A stretch of DNA of 64,000 nt from a virus. The notes under the pieces were generated by a model that made no database searches, was not told where the DNA came from, and saw only the letters and a program-made list of their open reading frames with translations. Positions 36,082 through 46,484 of the stretch are shown in pieces (the stretch's first letter is position 1; every line of letters begins with the position of its first letter). Location: IMG/VR virus record IMGVR_UViG_3300025120_000020; one strand, given 5' to 3'. The position numbers and the translations under genes were made by a program.

Positions 36082-36669
36082 ATGGATTATGACCCAACAG
36101 ATCCTGAATTAACTGATTTAGTTAAACAGAGTGACCATGAAGAAGCTTTAGGTTTGCTGATAGAGAGGCATTCAGGAATTTATGTTGATATGGTGAGGAG
36201 ATACGCATCAAAATCCCTACCTTCAAATGACGTTATTGACATAATTGATGAAAAAGATTACATAATTTACAAAGCAGCCTTAGATTATGACGAAAACAAA
36301 GCTAAGTTTTCCACCCATGTTGGCAACAAAGCAAAATATCTCTGTTTGAGCAAAAAAACAGCAAGGAAAAACGGTAAAATCATGTTGCCATTCGATTCAA
36401 TCGATTACTCCAAAGAGTCTGACGACTTGCACCCAGATGAAAGTTGCGAAATTAAAGAAAGCATGTTTTCAATTGTCGAACTTATAAATAGTCATCGCGA
36501 TGAAAGAGTAAAAACTATTTTTAAAGAACGCTACTTTGGAGGAGAAAAAGGTAAACTTCAAACTTGGAAAAATATTGGAGAACAAATTGGTGTCTCTGCT
36601 CAGGGCTGCATAAACATTCATGACCGAACATTAAAAGAATTTAAAAAACAATTTAAAAAAAATGCATAA
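36082..36669 (+). CDS. Phage RNA polymerase sigma factor (sigma70 family, regions 2 and 4)
   Basis: LIERH.G....VRRY, KAALDYD..KAKFST; IF.ERY....TW..IG..IGVS..G....H. Confidence 0.85.
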   Translation: MDYDPTDPELTDLVKQSDHEEALGLLIERHSGIYVDMVRRYASKSLPSNDVIDIIDEKDYIIYKAALDYDENKAKFSTHVGNKAKYLCLSKKTARKNGKIMLPFDSIDYSKESDDLHPDESCEIKESMFSIVELINSHRDERVKTIFKERYFGGEKGKLQTWKNIGEQIGVSAQGCINIHDRTLKEFKKQFKKNA

Positions 36670-37744
36670 ACTAAATTTCGACGCTCCGTTCAATTCTCTA
36701 AGCTTAGGCAATGTTTCTTTAAACTTTCTTAGGGAATTAAAGAAAAAAAATATAGATCTTAATATATTTCCAATGGGTAATTTAGACTTCTCGGCCTTTG
36801 ACAAGTTACCAAAAGAAGATCAAGACTACATAAATGAAAATGCAGACAAAGCACTAAGTCGTTTAGATAGGTCAACTCCCACCCTAAAAGTTTGGCATAT
36901 TAACGGGTCAGAAAAAAAGATCGGAGATAATCAATTTTTATACACTTTTTATGAAGTGGACTCTCCTACAGAAGAGGAGGTTAGTATTGTAAAAGCTCAG
37001 AATCACGTTTTCTTTTCTTGTTCTGAAGCTGCTCAATCATTTAAGGATAAGGGTTGTGGCAATGTGTCCTATGTCCCGCTTGGTTTTGATACAGATTTTC
37101 ACAAGACAGATAAAGAATACCTTGGTGATGATGTGATTCACTTCGGTCTTATTGGTAAAATGGAAAGAAGAAAAAACACTCAAGCTCTTATTCAGCTATG
37201 GTGCAGTAAATTTGGCAATAACCCAAGATACCAATTAACTTGCTTGGTTGGAAATCCTTTTTTAAAGAAAGAACAAATGGATCAAATGATCACTCAAGCA
37301 ATGAATAATCAAAAGTATTCTAATGTTAACTTCCTGCCTCGACTTAAAACAAACAGTGAAGTTAACGACCTAATCAATTCAATTGATATCGATATTTCTG
37401 GCTTATCTAATGGAGAAGGATGGAATCTACCCGCATTTAATGCAACCGCTCTAGGCAAGTGGTCTATTGTGAGTAATTGCTCTTCTCATAAAGATTGGGC
37501 TACTAAGGATAACGCCATCCTTGTAGAGCCAGTCGGCAAACAACCTTGTTACGATAATGCCTTTTTTGTTAAAGGTAGTAAATACAATCAAGGAGAGTAT
37601 TACCGACTCCACCAAGATGGCATCTCTAATGGTTTGGATCAATCCGTTCAATTTGCTAAATCCGAAAATACAGAAGGTCTAAAGCTTCAACAGGAGTTTA
37701 CATACGCAAAGACCGCTGAAAAAATCCTAGAAAAAATTTATTAA
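36662..37744 (+). CDS. GT4-like glycosyltransferase
   Basis: VPLGFD..F, GKMERRKN, GEGWNLP...A.A.GK. Confidence 0.85.
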   Translation: MHKLNFDAPFNSLSLGNVSLNFLRELKKKNIDLNIFPMGNLDFSAFDKLPKEDQDYINENADKALSRLDRSTPTLKVWHINGSEKKIGDNQFLYTFYEVDSPTEEEVSIVKAQNHVFFSCSEAAQSFKDKGCGNVSYVPLGFDTDFHKTDKEYLGDDVIHFGLIGKMERRKNTQALIQLWCSKFGNNPRYQLTCLVGNPFLKKEQMDQMITQAMNNQKYSNVNFLPRLKTNSEVNDLINSIDIDISGLSNGEGWNLPAFNATALGKWSIVSNCSSHKDWATKDNAILVEPVGKQPCYDNAFFVKGSKYNQGEYYRLHQDGISNGLDQSVQFAKSENTEGLKLQQEFTYAKTAEKILEKIY

Positions 37745-38128
37745 ATGCCTATTTATATTTTTAAACACCCAGAAACAGAAGAATACAAGGAAATCGTTCA
37801 AACTATGAACGAAGAACATGTATATACTGACGAGTCTGGGCTAAAATGGAAGAGAATTTTTACAATCCCCAATGCAACTATTGATACAAAAGATGACGCT
37901 TGGAGCCACAATGGATTTGTAGAGAAAACTGGCAAGATGAAAGGAACTGTAGGCGATGTTCTAGATTATTCCTCAGAATTGTCTGCGATAAGGGCAGAAG
38001 CTAATGGTGGAGAAGATCCAGTCAAAAGAAAGACTTTCGATGACTACGAAAAGAAAGTGGGCAAAAAGCACATTTCTGATAAAAATAAGACTATCGAAAC
38101 CTCTAAGATCAAAATAGATCTAGATTAA
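37745..38128 (+). CDS. FmdB-like protein (Cys-less)
   Basis: MPIYIF......E..E....M..........KRIF..P. Confidence 0.6.
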   Translation: MPIYIFKHPETEEYKEIVQTMNEEHVYTDESGLKWKRIFTIPNATIDTKDDAWSHNGFVEKTGKMKGTVGDVLDYSSELSAIRAEANGGEDPVKRKTFDDYEKKVGKKHISDKNKTIETSKIKIDLD

Positions 38129-39027
38129 ATAACTGAGTATAGTCCACTGAAGGGAATGCAACCAGTAAAAGTTGGTGAGCTAAATACCAAGTAAGCTTCA
38201 CTAGCTCCAGTCACAATTTGCCCAGTGATAAATGTATCCTTGCTTCCTATAGATCCCCCGTCAGTCCCCGTGAGTATATTTTTTAAATTAGGTGTGCCAC
38301 CCACTTTCGCATCAGCAAAATCAGTAACTGCGGCAGGAGTTTCGCTACTGTTAACAGTTCTTGAACCAATGTAAAGATCTGATACAGCATCTCCACTATC
38401 ATTTAACGTGACTGAACCGCCAAAGCTAGCAGCGCCGATAACATCACAAGTTCCAGCAACACTCAAATTTCCACTAAATATTCCAGAGTGACTTGAATCG
38501 ACTTTTAGATGGGAATTAAAATTAACGTCACCAGCTTCGAAGTTCACTCCACTATTGAAAGAAACTAATAGAGAGTGATTAGTGCTATTGGTGGTAGTTC
38601 CTTCATGGTCTGCTAATATAACAGCTCCAGTGGTCTTATCAGCGAAAGTTGCTAATTTTCCTGCTAGAATTGTATTTTGTTGGCCAGAAGCTCCAAAATT
38701 TACCTGAGTCCCATTTAAGAGGGTATTAAAGTTACCAGATACATTAGTGTTAGCAGAACCATTAACCACGACATTATTTGTCCCCGTAACCAAGTTATTT
38801 GTCCCCCCTAAAACAGAACAACTACCGTCAATAGAGTTAGTAGATGATGTAGTTATAATTGGATCATTGTCAATTGTAGCACTACCATTGAAGTCTATTG
38901 GCCCATTAATATCCCTTGCTAGGTTAATCTGAACCCCAGTCGAAAGGTCAGTAAATGAAAAATCACCACTAGGACTCGTAAAAGTAGGTAATTGTAATTG
39001 TTGTGGTTGAATTTTAGTAAATGCCAT
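38125..39027 (-). CDS. Tail fibre/spike-like beta-helical protein
   Basis: SVLGGTNN.VTG..NVVVNG..N..SG repeats; S/T/G/N-rich; GTGTA motif upstream. Confidence 0.6.
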   Translation of the reverse strand: MAFTKIQPQQLQLPTFTSPSGDFSFTDLSTGVQINLARDINGPIDFNGSATIDNDPIITTSSTNSIDGSCSVLGGTNNLVTGTNNVVVNGSANTNVSGNFNTLLNGTQVNFGASGQQNTILAGKLATFADKTTGAVILADHEGTTTNSTNHSLLVSFNSGVNFEAGDVNFNSHLKVDSSHSGIFSGNLSVAGTCDVIGAASFGGSVTLNDSGDAVSDLYIGSRTVNSSETPAAVTDFADAKVGGTPNLKNILTGTDGGSIGSKDTFITGQIVTGASEAYLVFSSPTFTGCIPFSGLYSVI

Positions 39028-39065
39028 GTTACAATAGATTATCTAAATAAGAATACACTTTTTCT

Positions 39066-39644
39066 ATGAAATTTACACTTTATAAGCCTAATGCTAAAAA
39101 TACTGGATCAGCATTCACCTTTGACTGCACTAAAGACAGAAACGGTAATCCAGTTCTTTTTGTCTCCATGATTCTTCAGCATAGCTGGAATAATGAACGT
39201 AAAACGGGTTCTTTTAAGGAGAACGCCAAGAATCCAGATAAATCTACTACAATTAAACTCACAGACATTGAAGCTGGAGAGTTCTTGTCCTCAATGAAAA
39301 CTAGGATTCCATTCTTAGGTTTTCACAAAACAGAAGAAAAAACAACAATCATTAAATTCACCCCTTGGGATAAAAATCGTATCATCAAAAACAAAGATGG
39401 TCAAGAAACCTTTAAATCGCCAGCTTGGGGTCTGACAGTTACAAAAAATTCTTCTCAATTCTTTAAACTTCCAATCGAAGCTGGAGAGGCTGAATGCCTA
39501 GCTGTTTTGCTTGAAGGCTATATAAAAGAGAGTTTAACTGCTAAATCAGAAGCTTATAAGCAGGATCAGCCCAAAAAAACTTACCAAAAATCCACACCTA
39601 AAGCGTCCGTAGTTGAGGACGACGATGACGATGTCCCATTCTAA
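39066..39644 (+). CDS. Putative single-stranded DNA-binding protein
   Basis: Aromatic/basic beta-rich body; acidic tail EDDDDDVPF like the bacterial SSB tip. Confidence 0.6.
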   Translation: MKFTLYKPNAKNTGSAFTFDCTKDRNGNPVLFVSMILQHSWNNERKTGSFKENAKNPDKSTTIKLTDIEAGEFLSSMKTRIPFLGFHKTEEKTTIIKFTPWDKNRIIKNKDGQETFKSPAWGLTVTKNSSQFFKLPIEAGEAECLAVLLEGYIKESLTAKSEAYKQDQPKKTYQKSTPKASVVEDDDDDVPF

Positions 39645-41337
39645 AATCAAAGTCTTAGTTCAGTCTAATTATTCCCGTATGGTAACGGGTTTCGGGAAGA
39701 ATATTAAAAATATTCTTCTCGCTCTTTATAATGATCCAGATATTGAAGTCGTAGAAGCTGCCAACGGAGTTCCTTATGGTAGGGATATAAGCACCCCTTG
39801 GGAGTCCTACGGCACTTATCCTTCTAATCCCAAGATCCTTAGTGCTATAGAAAAAGAACCATCTAAAAAAAGAGCCGCGCAATATGGATTTTATGTAATT
39901 GATGAGATCGTAGAAAAAGTAAAACCAGATGTATTTTTGGGGATCGAAGATGTCTGGGCTTTCAGGGAATATGAAAATAAACCTTGGTGGAATAAAACAA
40001 AAAAAATCATTTGGACAACTTTAGATAGCTTACCTATTTTAGATCAAGCTATTAAAATGGAACCAAAATGTGACAAAATGTTGGTTTGGGCTAGCTTCGC
40101 TGAAAAGGCAATGAAGGAGCTTGGTCATGAGACAGTGGAGACTGTTCACGGAGCCGTAGACTACAGTCACTTTAAACCTCTGGATAACAGAGAAGAGTTG
40201 CGAAAACTCCACGGTCTTCAAGACGATTTCGTAATTGGGTTTGTATTCAAAAACCAACTAAGGAAGTCTGTCCCCAATCTATTGGAAGGATTTAAAAAGT
40301 TTAAAGAGAAAAACCCAAGGGTCTCTGCAAAGCTCCTCCTGCATACGGACTGGGGAGAAAAAGATCATGGATGGGATATCCCAAGATACCTAAAAGAAAA
40401 AAACCTTGAAGACGGAAGCGTATTAGCAACTTATGTATGCCACAAGTGTGATGATTACTTTGTTCGGCCATATTCTGGAGAAGATAAAGACTGTCCTTCA
40501 TGCGGTTCTAAGAAATCTTTAAAAACGAAGAATAGCGGAAAGGGAGTAGGAGAGAAGGAGCTAAACGAGCTATATAACATGATGGATGTTTACTGTCACC
40601 CATTCACAAGTGGAGGTCAGGAGCTACCAATTCAAGAGGCTAAAGCTGCTGGACTAATCACTCTGGTTACAGACTACTCTTGTGGAACTGATTCTGCATA
40701 TGAGCATCAAGGTGGACTACCTCTATCTTGGAATGAATATAGGGAACCAAGCACTCAGTTTATTAAAGCTACTACATGTCCAGATAGTATTTGTGAGAGA
40801 ATACAGCAAGTTTACGAAATGGACGAAGACTCTAAATCTAAACTCATTGAAACTGGCAAAAAATATGTTAAAGAAAAATTCTCAGTTCGCAATACTGTAG
40901 ATAAATTAAAACAACATATAAAGTCAGTCGAAATAAGAACAAATGAAGAGGAGGAAAAGGAGGATAAGAAGCCTAGTATCTCAGTAGAGGATTTCTTAAA
41001 AGACACCCCACTTAAAGATAGAATTGCCGTAGTGCTTCCTAGATCGGCGGGTGATGTCTTAATGGCTAACTCTCTTATGGAGAACCTTCATAATCTCTAT
41101 CCAGACAAGAAGATATTCTTTGTCACCCAGCCAGAATTTTACGACCTTATTAACGATAATCCTTTTGTTCATAAAGTTATCCCTTATTCAAACTCATTTG
41201 AAGACTTGCATGTTCTTGAAGGCAGGGGGGATCATCAGGGTCTTTTCGATATAGCCTTTCTCCCTCACTGTATGACACAGAAGACATATAGCTATAACCA
41301 CAATGGGAAAGATAAAACTCAATTTAAATTAAGATGA
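39631..41337 (+). CDS. GT4 glycosyltransferase with zinc-ribbon insert, fused to a GT9 N-terminal domain
   Basis: TGFG, KNQLRKS, CHKC..CPSC, LYN.MDV.....SGG.ELP..EA.A.G; C-terminal PRSAGDVLM......L...YP...I.FVT......I..NPFV. Confidence 0.82.
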   Translation: MSHSKIKVLVQSNYSRMVTGFGKNIKNILLALYNDPDIEVVEAANGVPYGRDISTPWESYGTYPSNPKILSAIEKEPSKKRAAQYGFYVIDEIVEKVKPDVFLGIEDVWAFREYENKPWWNKTKKIIWTTLDSLPILDQAIKMEPKCDKMLVWASFAEKAMKELGHETVETVHGAVDYSHFKPLDNREELRKLHGLQDDFVIGFVFKNQLRKSVPNLLEGFKKFKEKNPRVSAKLLLHTDWGEKDHGWDIPRYLKEKNLEDGSVLATYVCHKCDDYFVRPYSGEDKDCPSCGSKKSLKTKNSGKGVGEKELNELYNMMDVYCHPFTSGGQELPIQEAKAAGLITLVTDYSCGTDSAYEHQGGLPLSWNEYREPSTQFIKATTCPDSICERIQQVYEMDEDSKSKLIETGKKYVKEKFSVRNTVDKLKQHIKSVEIRTNEEEEKEDKKPSISVEDFLKDTPLKDRIAVVLPRSAGDVLMANSLMENLHNLYPDKKIFFVTQPEFYDLINDNPFVHKVIPYSNSFEDLHVLEGRGDHQGLFDIAFLPHCMTQKTYSYNHNGKDKTQFKLR

Positions 41338-42443
41338 GCCACTTAGTAGAAGTTTATGCAAAAGATTTGGGAGTTAAAATTGGCGACCCACATTTCAAAC
41401 CTCATTTTTTTCCTGTTCTTGAAGATAACTATATTACCATCCACAATGACAATAAAGTTCAATCCAAAGAATACGATTATTGGGAAGAGGTTATTTGTTT
41501 AGTTAAGGAGCAAGTTCCAGATATTAAGTTTATTCAAATAGGCTCTGGACAAGAACCAATAATAAAAAATGCAACAAAGTTCGCTGCCACTTCCAGCATA
41601 AAGCAGTCTGCTTACATCATTAAGAATGCATTAATGCACGTTGGCATAGATAGTTTGCCAGTTCATATTGCATCATCGTTTGATAAACCTATTGTCTCGA
41701 TATACGCACATACTTATGCCTCTACTTGCAGACCAATCTGGGGTTCAAAAAATAATCATACGATAATTGAGTCCCACAGAGATGGTAAAAAACCATCTTA
41801 CTCTTTAAAAGAACAACCCAAGCAAATAAACTTGATCAAGCCAGAGGAAATAGCTAATGCCGTTCTGAAAAGGCTAGGGAAAAACAAAAGTTCTAGAAAA
41901 ACAATTTTTATTGGCGACAAATATAAGGAAAAATTTATCCATATTATACCAGATAAGAAATATGGGGTATCCTCCAAGCAAACAGTTCTTAGGTTTGATT
42001 TACATCATGATGAAGAAAATACTCTTCATTTATTCGCAAATAATAATATTTCTATTGTGACAAACAAGCCATTAGGAGATAAACTTTTAAGTCAAAAAAA
42101 TATAAATTGCATTAATTATTTTTGTGATCGATTCGACTCGGGGTTTGTCGAAAGAGCGAAAAATAAAGGTATAACTTTACGTTTATTTTGCACGGACGAG
42201 GGAAACCTTAGTGAAGAAAGGCTTAAGTTTTTTGACAACCAAATCCTTTTAATAGACGAATCTAAAAAAATAGAAGAAAATAAAAAACAAATTGAATTGC
42301 CCGAAAAAGATTTAAAAATAAAATCTTATACAATTTACTTTAAGAACGGGCAAGCACATCACTCTCTCTTTGAGGCAAATAACAAAGAGAGTTTAGACGA
42401 TATTTTTATTGACTTGGACAAACTTATGCTTTATACTGATTAA
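41334..42443 (+). CDS. GT9 (heptosyltransferase-like) C-terminal domain protein
   Basis: HLVEVY...LG, YITIH, K.Y..W.EV, IQIG, Q.A.II.NA..HVG.DS.P.HIA....KP.V.IY. Confidence 0.82.
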   Translation: MSHLVEVYAKDLGVKIGDPHFKPHFFPVLEDNYITIHNDNKVQSKEYDYWEEVICLVKEQVPDIKFIQIGSGQEPIIKNATKFAATSSIKQSAYIIKNALMHVGIDSLPVHIASSFDKPIVSIYAHTYASTCRPIWGSKNNHTIIESHRDGKKPSYSLKEQPKQINLIKPEEIANAVLKRLGKNKSSRKTIFIGDKYKEKFIHIIPDKKYGVSSKQTVLRFDLHHDEENTLHLFANNNISIVTNKPLGDKLLSQKNINCINYFCDRFDSGFVERAKNKGITLRLFCTDEGNLSEERLKFFDNQILLIDESKKIEENKKQIELPEKDLKIKSYTIYFKNGQAHHSLFEANNKESLDDIFIDLDKLMLYTD

Positions 42444-42444
42444 A

Positions 42445-43227
42445 ATGAGTGATAAAAAGATTTACGGACCTGATCTTTACAAGCGTAATGAGCATGGGCT
42501 TTTAGAAAATGCAGAATACGAATTTAATGAAGATGGCTCTGTAAATTGGAGAGCCATGATTAAGCCAGAGTTTCTTTACCCAAATAAAGATTGGTTTGAA
42601 GCTCGCAAAAAGGATGTTCCTACTTCACCAGAGGGCTTGGATGACAAACAGCTTTTGATCATGCTTGGTGGCATTAAGGAGTTGGCTCGACTCAGGGGAT
42701 TTCAGAGTGTTTCGTTCAAAACCGACCACCTTAGTGATACTTATGTTGTGGCTAATTGTGAAATTGTTTGGTCTCCTAATTATGAAAGTCATGATCAAGG
42801 TGTTGTTTACCAAGATGTCGCAAATGCGACACTACAAAATACAGGTTCTTTCGCAGCTAAGTTCTTAGAAACTATCGCTTGCAATAGAGCTTTTGTGAGA
42901 TGTGTTCGTAATTTTCTAAACATTCACATCGTGGGAGCTGATGAGATTGATAAATCAAAAGGAGCTGTAAATTCTCAATCAGTTGAATCTTCTGCTGATG
43001 AAACTATAGGAAGCATTCTTTCCCCTCACACAAGACTATTTCAAGACTGGCAAGACTATACTGGTGGGGGTAACAATTTCGAAGACTTCAAAAAAGGAGC
43101 CTTGCGCTCTCTATGGAAGCAAGAGATTTATCAAAATAAAGATGCTCAAAACTGGAATAACTTTGACGAAATACCAGTCAAAGAGGTTCGCAAAATTAGA
43201 GCTGCTATTAGAAAACTAAAGTCCTAA
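42445..43227 (+). CDS. Rad52/Sak-like single-strand annealing protein
   Basis: GGIKELA..RG, V.A.C.I, ETIA.NRA.VR.VR..L.I...G.DE; promoter TTGACT-N17-TATACT at 42409-42437. Confidence 0.6.
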   Translation: MSDKKIYGPDLYKRNEHGLLENAEYEFNEDGSVNWRAMIKPEFLYPNKDWFEARKKDVPTSPEGLDDKQLLIMLGGIKELARLRGFQSVSFKTDHLSDTYVVANCEIVWSPNYESHDQGVVYQDVANATLQNTGSFAAKFLETIACNRAFVRCVRNFLNIHIVGADEIDKSKGAVNSQSVESSADETIGSILSPHTRLFQDWQDYTGGGNNFEDFKKGALRSLWKQEIYQNKDAQNWNNFDEIPVKEVRKIRAAIRKLKS

Positions 43228-45645
43228 GTAGTTTTTTTGAATTGCTGTAAAATTATTATTCTTTATAGCGGTTAATGATGCTTTTTGATTTCTGTCAATA
43301 ATTAATTGTTCGCTTGGTCTAAGAAGCTTAACGCTAGATTCATTAATTGTTGTGGTTGCTCCAGAATCACCTAACTCAAGAGTAATCGCAGAAATTGTTG
43401 GTTTAAAATCACCCGGCAAAGAAATCCCAAGTATAGTTCTACTAGATTGAATTTGAGGTCTTGGGATAGATTGAAGCGCAGATAGCGAACTGTTTTCTAA
43501 TGCTATTATATCTGCGATTTTACCTTTCTTAATGTCTAATGTAATTGGCCTATAAGAATCACCACTAGATCCATTATCCTGAACACTATAATATCTAGTG
43601 TCGAACCTCTCAGCTAATTCGGATATCTTCTGCGCTGCGGCATCAAGACCCGCCTGTCTATCAGCGTCATTTTTTTCTTGCGCCCTAGTTTTATCAGTCT
43701 CTACTTCATCTGTTGGTCTTTTCGATCTAGTAAAATAAGCTCTCGCAGTTTGTGGGGCTTGTTTTTCTTTATTCTGAGCATTATAAAATTCTGCTGATTT
43801 TCTCGCAAGCTTTATTATCTGGCTTTTCAACGCTTTACTTACTCCTAAATATTCAGACACACCATTAGCTTCGAATCGATACTCGTTCGAATTGAATAAT
43901 TCAAAATCAATATCTGCCTTCTTCATCCCATAAGTTGCCTTATTTGCTCCGTTAATCACTCCAACAAAACCATAACTCCCTCCCCCTTTCGACCCAGATG
44001 CTTTCATCAATTCGTTAAGGTTCCCATCAAACCATCCAAGTGATTTCCAAACGGTGTCAGCACTAGCTAAAGCTTCTATGTCTGAAAATTGGTCGAAAGT
44101 ATCAAAAGGACCGCTTATGGTCATCTCAGATCCTGCCCAGTTTGTCCTCCTAGCTGAATACTGCCTATAGTAATTAGAAACATAAATTGTATTATGCAAT
44201 ACATCAAAAAGAGCCTTTATGTATCTAAAAGCATTCCCCTGCGATGGTCTTTCTATCTTTTGGCCAGTTGCTTTATCTTTTAACTGTATAAACTCTGCAT
44301 CATCAAGATCCATATCTCCCCCTTTTTGCAACTTCTGTTTATGCCTAGAAATGCTAGTTAGTAGTTCAACACCTCCTGATCTTGCATCCTCCATAGAACT
44401 AGCCCCATTCCAATCCTCTTTTTGCCACTCAATATCAATCCCCGTTTCCGATGAGAATTTTGTCGCAACAATCCCCATTATATCAAAATTTTCCTCATTT
44501 AAAGCTCCAGCAAGATACATAGTGTAATAAAGTTTTAATATACTTTCGTTAACAAGTAGCTTCTCTATTATCGCTTCAGGCGCGTCCTCAGTCCCCTCTG
44601 AGAAAGGAACTTTTCTAAATCTAGTAATCCTTTCTCCTTGGTCAAATTCAAAACTTTGTTCTTGTTTTTCTATACTTCCACTAAAAACGTTAACAAATAC
44701 GGGATAAATTGAATCTTCCGTAAAAGAAGCGCTAATATATTTTTTTTGCTCTGAAAGAGATTGTTTAAATGGATTTAAGGGAGATAAACTTAATGCTGCA
44801 TTAGAATTTATAAAATTAATAATCCCATCTGCAAATGGATTAACATACCAATAATAACCAAATTTAGTAGCAATATTAGAAATAATTGCATCTAAAGTGC
44901 CAGATTCCTCAAATAGTATGTTATCATCAGTATTTGGTAGCCCTCTCAGGAAAATTCCACACTTTTCCAATCCAGCTTTCGCCTCTGCGAGTGTGTATCC
45001 AAACCTCAATTCGTAATTAGCATAATCTGGGAATTTACGATAGAATTGACTTACATTCTCTAAATTATAACATAAATTCTCTTTTAATAATCCTGATTGA
45101 TATACCAAAGAAGTTTTAACGCCGTCTGCGACAATATTACGTTCTTTATTATACACTGAGGTGACAGAACTTTCTTCGTTAAAAATATTTCCTATTCTTA
45201 CAACGCCACCCTTCCTAGACGGTCCTTTTCGGGGAAACTGTTGTGATGCTGGAACAGGAGTATTTGAGCATTCGCTAAAATAAGGCATTACAATAGTTCC
45301 TGATTGATCTTTAGGGTGGCTTTGACTTCCCCTAACAATAAAACAATGAGACCTCAAATCAAGCGCAGTTACATGACTCAATTCTCTGAATATTCTTGTT
45401 GATCTTCCATCTTTTTTAACGGTCTTTTTAACGGTCTTGAATCTTTGCGTCATTTCCTGAAGCCTAGCATCAGAAAACGTAATCCGTCCAGACCTAGAAC
45501 CAATAACTGTTCCAAGATCATTGCCATCTCGCGCTAAGTCTTTAGCGTCTAAAACAGTCTCCATTGATAACGAGTGATCCCCTCCAGAACTTGAAAAATT
45601 AAAATTCAAGGACACCAGCGATTCTCTATCTGATAAAAAGGCCAT
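43216..45645 (-). CDS. Tail tip/hub-like protein
   Basis: 809 aa, last gene of the tail run; GTL..IISNIA..FGY.WY motif. Confidence 0.55.
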   Translation of the reverse strand: MAFLSDRESLVSLNFNFSSSGGDHSLSMETVLDAKDLARDGNDLGTVIGSRSGRITFSDARLQEMTQRFKTVKKTVKKDGRSTRIFRELSHVTALDLRSHCFIVRGSQSHPKDQSGTIVMPYFSECSNTPVPASQQFPRKGPSRKGGVVRIGNIFNEESSVTSVYNKERNIVADGVKTSLVYQSGLLKENLCYNLENVSQFYRKFPDYANYELRFGYTLAEAKAGLEKCGIFLRGLPNTDDNILFEESGTLDAIISNIATKFGYYWYVNPFADGIINFINSNAALSLSPLNPFKQSLSEQKKYISASFTEDSIYPVFVNVFSGSIEKQEQSFEFDQGERITRFRKVPFSEGTEDAPEAIIEKLLVNESILKLYYTMYLAGALNEENFDIMGIVATKFSSETGIDIEWQKEDWNGASSMEDARSGGVELLTSISRHKQKLQKGGDMDLDDAEFIQLKDKATGQKIERPSQGNAFRYIKALFDVLHNTIYVSNYYRQYSARRTNWAGSEMTISGPFDTFDQFSDIEALASADTVWKSLGWFDGNLNELMKASGSKGGGSYGFVGVINGANKATYGMKKADIDFELFNSNEYRFEANGVSEYLGVSKALKSQIIKLARKSAEFYNAQNKEKQAPQTARAYFTRSKRPTDEVETDKTRAQEKNDADRQAGLDAAAQKISELAERFDTRYYSVQDNGSSGDSYRPITLDIKKGKIADIIALENSSLSALQSIPRPQIQSSRTILGISLPGDFKPTISAITLELGDSGATTTINESSVKLLRPSEQLIIDRNQKASLTAIKNNNFTAIQKNYLGL

Positions 45646-46484
45646 TATGAGAAATAATTTAATGTTTGTTTATTTACTAAGTAGACAGAAGAGTCTACTC
45701 CCGACTCTATCATATACACTCCAGTATGAATTTGAAGCAAATCTTCGGTGGTTTGCTCCATTCCATTTACGTAAAAATCAACGTGATTTTCTACAAATTT
45801 TGGCCCAAATATATCAGGTTCATTAGAACGCACTTCAATTGTTCTATCTTGTTTGGGTATAGCGAATAAGTCCCCTGTAGTGCCGTGGACTGGAACTTCA
45901 ACACCAGTGAATTCCGCGACTGGATCTTCAGCATATTTTAATTTTTGTCCGTTAAAAAAAACATGGTGATTTTCGAATAAATCACTTTCGGTTCCAGCAT
46001 TAGAATAAGCAGTGTTTACCTTAGATCTAAGACCATCAATATCTAAAGCGTTAAGAGGCGAGTTAATTGAAATCCCAGCGGCAAAATCTCTTTTATCATA
46101 ATAAATAATATCTTTACTATTTAAGTTCAAAACTGGATCAAACATAATTTCCCCTTGAGAATTATCTATATCAAAAATATAATTACCTAAATCATCAGCT
46201 GCTTGTATGTAATAATTTTGATTAACATCTTGTGAGATTGTAACTCCAGTAGCCTCAAGCATAGTTTGAGAGTTAAGTGACACTAAAGATACTCCACTAC
46301 CAGTAATAATATCGATATCAAAAACAAAAGGGTAATCTTTCTTTTTCCCGTTTTCATCTAATCTAAAGTGTTTTTTATCAAATAAATTTGCACCAAAATA
46401 CGGGGATTGATTTTTATGTGATATGTTAAGTTGGCTACCTGATATAGTAGAATGACCAGTAGCTATTACATAGTTATATGTCAT
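45645..46484 (-). CDS. Virion structural protein
   Basis: In the tail operon; VFFNGQKL and FYVNG..Q repeats; S/T-G rich. Confidence 0.55.
   Translation of the reverse strand: MTYNYVIATGHSTISGSQLNISHKNQSPYFGANLFDKKHFRLDENGKKKDYPFVFDIDIITGSGVSLVSLNSQTMLEATGVTISQDVNQNYYIQAADDLGNYIFDIDNSQGEIMFDPVLNLNSKDIIYYDKRDFAAGISINSPLNALDIDGLRSKVNTAYSNAGTESDLFENHHVFFNGQKLKYAEDPVAEFTGVEVPVHGTTGDLFAIPKQDRTIEVRSNEPDIFGPKFVENHVDFYVNGMEQTTEDLLQIHTGVYMIESGVDSSVYLVNKQTLNYFS

Noticed and set aside
41310-41337. Programmed -1 frameshift joining GT4-GT9N to GT9C at TTTAAAT
   Set aside because: The heptamer is out of phase with the upstream frame, and the -1 frame has a TAA two codons before the ATG. ATGA coupling explains the junction.
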